Virus record (IMG/VR): IMGVR_UViG_3300033146_004128
Location: 32,001-96,000 of that record
DNA: 64,000 nt
DNA from: a virus
Reading direction: 5' to 3' (one strand)
Shown here: positions 28,775-34,893 of the stretch, piece by piece
Layout of the letters: each line of letters begins with the position of its first letter
Position numbering within the stretch: the first letter of the stretch is position 1
Notes under the pieces: generated by a model
Database searches by the model: none
Told to the model about the DNA's origin: nothing
What the model saw: the letters and a program-made list of their open reading frames with translations, nothing else
Position numbers and translations under genes: made by a program

Positions 28775-28963
28775 TTATTGACTATCTATAGGACTTACAA
28801 TGTCAAGAATAATTAAGACTACCGCACTCACAAGAACGATTGGCCATGCAATAGCGAGAGCCATAGCATTGACAGTAGGCATCTTTCTTCCGGACAGTAC
28901 AAGAATTACTAGAGTGACAAGCGATAAGCTTATAGAAAATCCCCAGAACTCACACCATGCCAT
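28775..28963 (-). CDS. small two-TM membrane protein (holin-like size)
   Basis: 62 aa, two hydrophobic helices, AGGAG SD. Confidence 0.7.
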   Translation of the reverse strand: MAWCEFWGFSISLSLVTLVILVLSGRKMPTVNAMALAIAWPIVLVSAVVLIILDIVSPIDSQ

Positions 28964-28983
28964 AATATCTCCTAATTTTTAGA

Positions 28984-29030
28984 ATTATACCATATTAAAT
29001 ATGATAAGGAAATATTTAATTTGGTATAAT
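28984..29030. promoter_or_regulatory. back-to-back divergent extended -10 promoters (TGGTATAAT on both strands)
   Basis: ATTATACCA at 28984-28992 and TGGTATAAT at 29022-29030. Confidence 0.7.
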
Positions 29031-29054
29031 ATTATCAATCAATCAAGGAATCAT

Positions 29055-29324
29055 ATGTATAAATTCATCGCATGCTTCGTAGCAATAGATAAAGATAGTA
29101 AGATAAAATATGTGTCTCATGAACTTACAGGAGCGAGATACCCTAAGAATAATACAGAAGACATAGTTGGCATGTGTAGAGCTATACAGTCATTCTCTAA
29201 CCTTGACTTAGAGTATGTTGATGTCTTCCATCTTATAGATCCTGCAGGAAGAACAATATGGGAAGAGGGCACCCTTGAAGGAGAGAGAGATGATCTAAGT
29301 ATAGTGCCAGTAGACTACTCTTGA
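29055..29324 (+). CDS. hypothetical protein
   Basis: AAGGA SD before ATG 29055. Confidence 0.75.
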   Translation: MYKFIACFVAIDKDSKIKYVSHELTGARYPKNNTEDIVGMCRAIQSFSNLDLEYVDVFHLIDPAGRTIWEEGTLEGERDDLSIVPVDYS

Positions 29325-29350
29325 CTATTGTGTGCTAAATGAGGTATTAT
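29321..29350 (+). promoter_or_regulatory. sigma70-type promoter TTGACT-N18-TATTAT facing a non-coding region
   Basis: Near-consensus -35/-10; no ORF downstream on +. Confidence 0.45.
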
Positions 29351-29507
29351 TACAGTGCGTGAAAACACGCCACCTTCACAGGTGTGAGCACTAGCTCAAC
29401 ATGCACGGCAATCTTTCCCCTCAAAGTTTTGTCTTAGCATTTCTATCCTTTCATAGCTACACGTTGTATGCCTAGCCGGTGAGGTGGTCCGGACCTTGCC
29501 TGCCAGG

Positions 29508-30146
29508 TTACGTGTAGCTCCTAGACAATGACTCAAGTTCACTCACAAGATCATCTAACTTTACAAGATTCTCTTCTATCTCCCTATCAATATCAACAGC
29601 CCTCTTAACTATGTCTATGTCAAGTATAGAGTCAGGCACTTTGATCTCACCAAGAAACTTCTTATCAATGGCATGCAGCCTCTTTCTCTTTCCCAGCTCT
29701 TTCGCTACCTCTCGTACAACTGTATCACTCTGCAACCACAGAGATAGACTCACAGCTATATTGAACGTAGGACATCGCAGGTATAACATATGTCTTCCGG
29801 CAATAGTAGGTATGTCATCAAAGGGTATAAACCTATAAGCTCCAATATACTTATCAAGTCTTGGTATCACAATACAGTTCTCATCAAGAGCATGTATGTT
29901 CATAATAGCAGTAGAGTATTTCTCGTTAGGTATTTCAAGAGTACTTCTGAAGCTCTCATTGGGTCTACGATTGTCTTCAAGCACACGCACTTTTCCTATC
30001 TTAAACTCACCTCTTCTTTGTGCGAATTTCCTCTGTACATTGTGTACTGTTATACCATGCTCTGCCATGAACAATTCGAGGTCAATAAGCTCTATGCCTC
30101 TCTGGTAAAACTCTCTTCTTATATCACTGTACGGTATGTTACTCAT
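29508..30146 (-). CDS. type I R-M specificity (HsdS/TRD)-like half subunit
   Basis: WLQS..V......G.....IDKKFLGEIKVP followed by a coiled-coil C-terminus, as in HsdS repeats; AAAGGA SD before ATG 30146. Confidence 0.4.
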   Translation of the reverse strand: MSNIPYSDIRREFYQRGIELIDLELFMAEHGITVHNVQRKFAQRRGEFKIGKVRVLEDNRRPNESFRSTLEIPNEKYSTAIMNIHALDENCIVIPRLDKYIGAYRFIPFDDIPTIAGRHMLYLRCPTFNIAVSLSLWLQSDTVVREVAKELGKRKRLHAIDKKFLGEIKVPDSILDIDIVKRAVDIDREIEENLVKLDDLVSELESLSRSYT

Positions 30147-30161
30147 ATCATGTCCTTTCAT

Positions 30162-30220
30162 AAAATACCAGCCTAGGTATTTACAAAAGTATTATATCAT
30201 AAAAATACCAGGCTAGGTAT
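30162..30220. promoter_or_regulatory. two palindromic operator-like boxes (ATACC-N6-GGTAT) 40 bp apart flanking an extended -10 (TGATATAAT, minus strand, 30191-30199)
   Basis: AAAATACCAGCCTAGGTAT at 30162-30180 and AAAATACCAGGCTAGGTAT at 30202-30220. Confidence 0.65.
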
Positions 30221-30401
30221 CACGTCGTAGGTATATAAAAAAGTGCTCGTACACCCCTAGTCACAACACAATACTTAACCACAGTCCCATATAAGAGAAG
30301 AGACCCAAGTAATAACATAGAGAACATAGAAGAGAGATAAGAGATATTAGTAACGGAGTAGATTCGTTCTTCGGACTGATGCTGAATGAAACGTTTGCTT
30401 A

Positions 30402-30460
30402 GTCTGTGTGCTTTGGGATGAGGTGGGGAGGAAGTCTGCCTCATCCAAAAACACATAGAC
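30402..30460. other. long imperfect hairpin in non-coding DNA
   Basis: GTCTGTGTG.TTTGGGATGAGG pairs with CCTCATCCAAAA.CACATAGAC (about 20 bp). Confidence 0.7.
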
Positions 30461-30805
30461 GACTGCCCTCACGTGAGTGGGCGTTCACGTGCCACCAGGA
30501 TGGTAGCATAGGCTTGCCGATGGATCAAATGAAACCTTTGTGGGCTCTCACCGTCCGTAGTGGTATTATAGCGTGATAGTTCTTAGTCTGCAATAGTTCT
30601 ATTTTGGAATGTACGAGAGGAGGGGCTCAGCGTTAACCGAGCCCATATGAAGTAAAAATGTCAATCAGGTCATAGGGTACTAGTCGGACCTGATGTCTTA
30701 AAAAAGGATGAAAAGTGATTAACATCACGTTTGCGAAGAGCTTTTTACTCTTGCATCAGCATTATATACGAGTAAACCTTAAAGTATTATGAGCGGTGTG
30801 ATTTT

Positions 30806-30954
30806 TGAGTATGCCTATCGTAGGGATAAAAATGGCATGTTGCCCCATAGTGGAATACACTAGTCGGAGCACATGCTTGTAAAAGGAGGTAGGATCTTTC
30901 TTGCGATAGCAGTACAGCATATCTTTCTGGCTATCATGAGTATGCCTATCGTAG
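30806..30954 (+). repeat. 18-bp exact direct repeat TGAGTATGCCTATCGTAG (30806-30823, 30937-30954)
   Basis: Read directly from the sequence. Confidence 0.85.
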
Positions 30955-31033
30955 TGAATGATACTATCAGTACGAAAGAGAATATAGCAATACTAGAGGA
31001 TAGTATCACTGTGTACATAGAGTCTTTTATCAT
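30860..31033 (-). CDS. small membrane protein (57 aa, absent from ORF track)
   Basis: MIKDSMYTVILSSSIAIFSFVLIVSFTTIGILMIARK...; ATGA overlap with upstream gene. Confidence 0.6.
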   Translation of the reverse strand: MIKDSMYTVILSSSIAIFSFVLIVSFTTIGILMIARKICCTAIARKILPPFTSMCSD

Positions 31034-31257
31034 ATCTTCTTCTTCCTTACGCCTTTGGTTCCCATTCTTGGAGCACGGTACGGTCTCTTAACAGACTTCA
31101 TGTAGCGAACGCTCTTTGCTTGAGGTTTTCTCTGGTACTCGGAGTAGCTCATCGCCTCCTTGTCCGCATCTATGTTGTTTTCTGGGGATACCTCTTCAGG
31201 TGTCCTTCCTGATAGTTTCTTGCCAGCAACATTTTTCTTCTTGCTACACTTTTTCAT
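31030..31257 (-). CDS. small highly basic protein
   Basis: 75 aa, K/R-rich; AAAGGA SD; TGTTATAAT at 31285-31293 (minus). Confidence 0.7.
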   Translation of the reverse strand: MKKCSKKKNVAGKKLSGRTPEEVSPENNIDADKEAMSYSEYQRKPQAKSVRYMKSVKRPYRAPRMGTKGVRKKKI

Positions 31258-31323
31258 CTCTATCCTTTTGTATAATATTTACGTATTATAACAAAGAAGA
31301 ATCTAAAAAGCTACAGTTTCATA

Positions 31324-31332
31324 TGGTATACT
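31324..31332 (+). promoter_or_regulatory. extended -10 TGGTATACT
   Basis: Same ATATGGTATACT 12-mer as the groES promoter. Confidence 0.6.
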
Positions 31333-31362
31333 TCTTGGAAGCGTATATATAGAGGAGTGGAA

Positions 31363-32466
31363 ATGAATAAAGATCCAAGAACGTTGAAAGATCTAGTAGA
31401 CAATGCAAATGAGGGCTACTCAATGTCTGTGTTTGGTGAGACAAAGTTCTCTGAAGATGACATCTATAGAGTAAAAGCTGGTGGGTTCAAAAAGACGAAA
31501 GAGAATGTGTATAAGTGGTGGGCGAACGGAAGTTGGATTCTTGCCAGCAAGGCAATGAAAAGAATATCTGAACTGTTCATTATAGATGGCGCTGGGTTTA
31601 AAGCTGTAACAGGCGAGACTCTCACGGCTGAGATAGCGAGACGGAGTAGGATACCGCAACCTTCTGCAGTAGCATCGGCTAGATACAATAGTACAAAGTG
31701 GACCAAGGGTGTAGCAGCAGAGTTTCGTAACGAAGTCAAAGTGTACAAGCAAGTGAGCAAGAAGAATCATGCACAGGTATTGTACGAGAAGTTATCTAAT
31801 ATGATAGAGGATACATACCAAGCACCTATGATAGTGCCTGAGTTCACAACTGGTACAATCTCATCAATATGTGATCTCATAGCAGTCAATGATAAAGACA
31901 TAGAAGCATTTGAGATAAAGAGTAAGGCAGACACACTTAAGAGACTAAGGAAGCAAGTGTCTGACTATAAGATATATGCAGATAAAGTGTGGGTTGTAAT
32001 AGACAAGAAACTTACAGACAAACTCTATGACTGGATGGAAGACAACCCTGACATATCTCCTGGAGTTGGTATAATCATATATGATGGAGATCACATGAAT
32101 GTGGTCAGAGAGGCAGAGAAGAATATTGTCCAGACAAACTATCTTGACATGCTGTGGTCGATAGAGAAGGAAAAGATACTGTATGGGCTTGGTCTATCTA
32201 CATCTGCAACTACAGTAGAAGGCACAAGGGACCAAAGAATATCATCAGTATGCCTCAATGCAGATCACAGAATATCTTCAATATCTAAAACAGTATTATT
32301 GTCAAGGCTCCGTAATTTTGCAAGAGGGAGGCATCCATCTTCACCAAAATACTCTGTAAACGATTGTGCCGGAACTATCTCGCTCACCCTGCTTCAGGTT
32401 GTAGTATATGGAGAACCAGTATTAGATGGAGAGATGAAATCAAGTGGTGGCTGCTCTATACAATAA
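31363..32466 (+). CDS. Sce7726-family PD-(D/E)xK nuclease-like protein with N-terminal extension
   Basis: ICDLIAVN..IEAFEIKSKADTLKRLRKQVSDYKIYADKVWVV. Confidence 0.8.
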   Translation: MNKDPRTLKDLVDNANEGYSMSVFGETKFSEDDIYRVKAGGFKKTKENVYKWWANGSWILASKAMKRISELFIIDGAGFKAVTGETLTAEIARRSRIPQPSAVASARYNSTKWTKGVAAEFRNEVKVYKQVSKKNHAQVLYEKLSNMIEDTYQAPMIVPEFTTGTISSICDLIAVNDKDIEAFEIKSKADTLKRLRKQVSDYKIYADKVWVVIDKKLTDKLYDWMEDNPDISPGVGIIIYDGDHMNVVREAEKNIVQTNYLDMLWSIEKEKILYGLGLSTSATTVEGTRDQRISSVCLNADHRISSISKTVLLSRLRNFARGRHPSSPKYSVNDCAGTISLTLLQVVVYGEPVLDGEMKSSGGCSIQ

Positions 32467-32496
32467 AAAAGTAGGGTTAGATTTATCTACTTATTT

Positions 32497-32505
32497 TGTT
32501 ATAAT
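32497..32505 (+). promoter_or_regulatory. extended -10 TGTTATAAT at the head of the morphogenesis operon
   Basis: T-rich upstream sequence; 50 nt before ATG 32556. Confidence 0.65.
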
Positions 32506-32555
32506 AGCAGAACATGTATTGGCCAATACATCTATAAAACAACTGAAGGAATGAC

Positions 32556-33632
32556 ATGAAGATCACAAAACATGTTGACTTTGACAGTCTCCTATCTAAA
32601 ACAGCATCAAGAGAAGATATAATTGAAGCCCTAAAGATAGATGATGAACTTAAAGATCAGCAGAATGATAAGACAGCAGAGACTAAATCGGAAAAAGCTA
32701 TGGCAGACACAGCTCAAGTGGGTGCACTCGGAGCAGGTGCAGTAGCATACGCAGGACATGCAAGAGCTAAGAAGCAGCTGGGCAAGCTTGGTAAGAAGCT
32801 CAAGAAAGCCAAAGATGCAGAAGCATATGCATCAAGACCTTTGGGACAAAAAGTGAAAGATTACTTTTCCGACATGATAAAAGGTCCTAAGAAGAAGAAG
32901 CCTCTAAGTGAGAAGATCATGAAGAAGATGAACAAGGTTAACGCTAGAGGCAAAAAAGGTGCGCTTGTTGCTATGGGAGCAGCCGGTACTACAGCAGCCA
33001 TTGGTGCATACAGATCATACAAAGGCAACAAGGACAGCCAGGGAAAGCTTGACAAGACTGCGGCCTCAGAAGAAGTTCGTGGTCAGATTGCCAATGATGT
33101 AGAGAGAGATAGTACACCTGAGGGTGGTGCCAAGTATAGAGGTACTCAGGGTGCAATCGTTGGTGGACTTGCAGGGTTTATGCATGGTGTGTCAAAGAAG
33201 AGCCCAATCAAAGGCAAGAAAGCAAAAATTGTAAGAGGGCTATGGCACGGAACATCTGGAGCAGTATGGGCAGGCGGTGCCGCTGGTGCAACTACCTATG
33301 CTAAAAAGAAGCTAATGCCTGACAGCGCAGAAGACAAGCAGAAAGAGTTTGAAAGCAGATTGGAGAAGAGAGCATCTGTTCCTATCGCTGTAAAAACAAC
33401 ACAAAAAGGGAAAGGTCTCGTAGCTGCCATATCAGGGCTATTCAAGAAGAAAACTAAGCCAACACTTAACCAAGGAAGAATAGCCAAAAGCCCTCAACAG
33501 AGAAAGCTTGAAGCTCAAGCAGCAAGCAAGAAGAGGAGCGTAAAGAAGATCAATTACGGTGAAGCTTACAGTATGGACAACAACTATAAAGACTTACAGA
33601 AGATGAGAGGAATACAAAGCAGATGGTCGTAG
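32556..33632 (+). CDS. Lys-rich glycine-zipper polyprotein-like virion protein with four K-x-A motifs
   Basis: LSKTAS, NDKTAE, LDKTAA, LEKRAS separating G/A-helix modules. Confidence 0.8.
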   Translation: MKITKHVDFDSLLSKTASREDIIEALKIDDELKDQQNDKTAETKSEKAMADTAQVGALGAGAVAYAGHARAKKQLGKLGKKLKKAKDAEAYASRPLGQKVKDYFSDMIKGPKKKKPLSEKIMKKMNKVNARGKKGALVAMGAAGTTAAIGAYRSYKGNKDSQGKLDKTAASEEVRGQIANDVERDSTPEGGAKYRGTQGAIVGGLAGFMHGVSKKSPIKGKKAKIVRGLWHGTSGAVWAGGAAGATTYAKKKLMPDSAEDKQKEFESRLEKRASVPIAVKTTQKGKGLVAAISGLFKKKTKPTLNQGRIAKSPQQRKLEAQAASKKRSVKKINYGEAYSMDNNYKDLQKMRGIQSRWS

Positions 33633-33928
33633 AAAAACAAGCCTCAACAGCAACAGGCAGAAGAGTTGCAGAACTTATGGGCATGGGGCAAGCGTCTCGT
33701 GCCACTAAGGTATTACGAAAGAGTATGGGAACAAAGCATGTCAGCACAGGTGATGTCCTTCGCACTAAGTCTATTCGAAAAGTGAAGAAAGAAGAGATAC
33801 CAGGAATAGGAACACTCAAGACAGTAAAGAGAAATACTCCAAAGGAAGACAAGTCAGTAATAAGACTAAGGTCAGCACGATCAAAGAATAAGCCATTATT
33901 CATACAAGATAAAGTAAGGGGCAAATAA
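33623..33928 (+). CDS. small highly basic protein with N-terminal K-x-A motif
   Basis: MVVEKQAS; K/R-rich. Confidence 0.75.
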   Translation: MVVEKQASTATGRRVAELMGMGQASRATKVLRKSMGTKHVSTGDVLRTKSIRKVKKEEIPGIGTLKTVKRNTPKEDKSVIRLRSARSKNKPLFIQDKVRGK

Positions 33929-34893
33929 TGAAATACTCGGTAAGAAATACCAAGGCATTAGAGAAGAGAGCAGGCACAGTAGTAAATATCCATAATGGAG
34001 ACAGCAACAAAGATGATACTCCAAAGGGAGAGAACGCAGTAACTAAGGGACTAAGAGCAGGTGCCGGTGCTGGTGCTGCTGCCACTGTTGCGAGAGGTGT
34101 CATAGAAGATCATGAGGGTGACACAGTCCTTGGTCATGCTAAGAAGCTAAAGCAACACAAGGCTGATGCCAAGAAGAATGCAGAGAAGGCAAGTGCTGCC
34201 AAAGAGAAAGCTCACTCATTAAAAGACAAGTGGTTTGCATGGGGAGAGAAGTCTAAAGCTCAGAAGAACTACAGGTTCTACAAGAGTAGAGAGAAGAACT
34301 ATGCAAATACAGCAAAGAAACTCTCTAAGAAGCTATCTTCTTCAGCACGAGCTAAACTTGCATTGCCGGCATCAGTAGGTTCTGCATTGGCAGGAGCATC
34401 ATACTTCACATCGAACAAAGATGAGAGAGATGAGGCACGTAAAGCTAAAGAGCAGAAGTCACTAAAAAAGACAGCAGCAGAGAAGAAGAAAGACCAGACA
34501 GCCAATAAGGTTGGAGCAGCACTTGCAGGAACTGTTGCCGGTGGTGGAGTTCTTGGTGGATACTCTGCATACAAAGGTGCACAGGATAAAGAAGATGGCA
34601 AGAACAATGTAGGTAAGCACGCTGCAGGTCACGCTGCATTAGGTGGAGCTGTTACATACAAAGCTGTAAGCAGTATGGAAAAAGCTCATAACGCAGCAGT
34701 AGATGCACATAACAAGAAGCTAAGGAATACATTCAAGCAGGTTGGTAAACTGAAGATAGGGAAAGGTAAGGTTGCTGCCGTAGGAGCAGGAATTACTGGA
34801 GCACTCGGAGCAGGAAGATATGCTGCAGGAAGATTATTCACAGATACTCAAGCGAAAGACAAGACAAAGTCTGTAGCGAAAAAGGAAAAATAG
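33928..34893 (+). CDS. Lys-rich glycine-zipper polyprotein-like protein
   Basis: LEKRAG, LKKTAA; five G/A-rich helices. Confidence 0.8.
   Translation: MKYSVRNTKALEKRAGTVVNIHNGDSNKDDTPKGENAVTKGLRAGAGAGAAATVARGVIEDHEGDTVLGHAKKLKQHKADAKKNAEKASAAKEKAHSLKDKWFAWGEKSKAQKNYRFYKSREKNYANTAKKLSKKLSSSARAKLALPASVGSALAGASYFTSNKDERDEARKAKEQKSLKKTAAEKKKDQTANKVGAALAGTVAGGGVLGGYSAYKGAQDKEDGKNNVGKHAAGHAALGGAVTYKAVSSMEKAHNAAVDAHNKKLRNTFKQVGKLKIGKGKVAAVGAGITGALGAGRYAAGRLFTDTQAKDKTKSVAKKEK

Noticed and set aside
28775-28963. Definite holin/lysis cassette
   Set aside because: Two-TM size fits, but no endolysin or spanin is recognisable nearby; left as a membrane protein
29355-29410. tRNA-like cloverleaf
   Set aside because: Only about 52 nt, no TTC loop, no 7-nt anticodon loop, no CCA; kept only as a generic structured-RNA candidate
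30374-30395. Hammerhead ribozyme (CTGATG...GAAAC)
   Set aside because: CTGATGC instead of CTGANGA, and stem II cannot form between the motifs
30421-30445. GAGGAAGTCTG resembling the RNase P RNA GAGGAAAGTCC motif
   Set aside because: Imperfect match, sits in a hairpin loop, and no matching 3' P4 partner was seen
30220-30456. 78-aa minus-strand ORF in the control region
   Set aside because: Starts within the long hairpin, no SD, atypical composition
19650-30954. CRISPR array or attachment sites from the short direct repeats (26 bp, 19 bp, 18 bp)
   Set aside because: Each occurs only twice, there is no regular spacer series, and no cas or integrase gene is present
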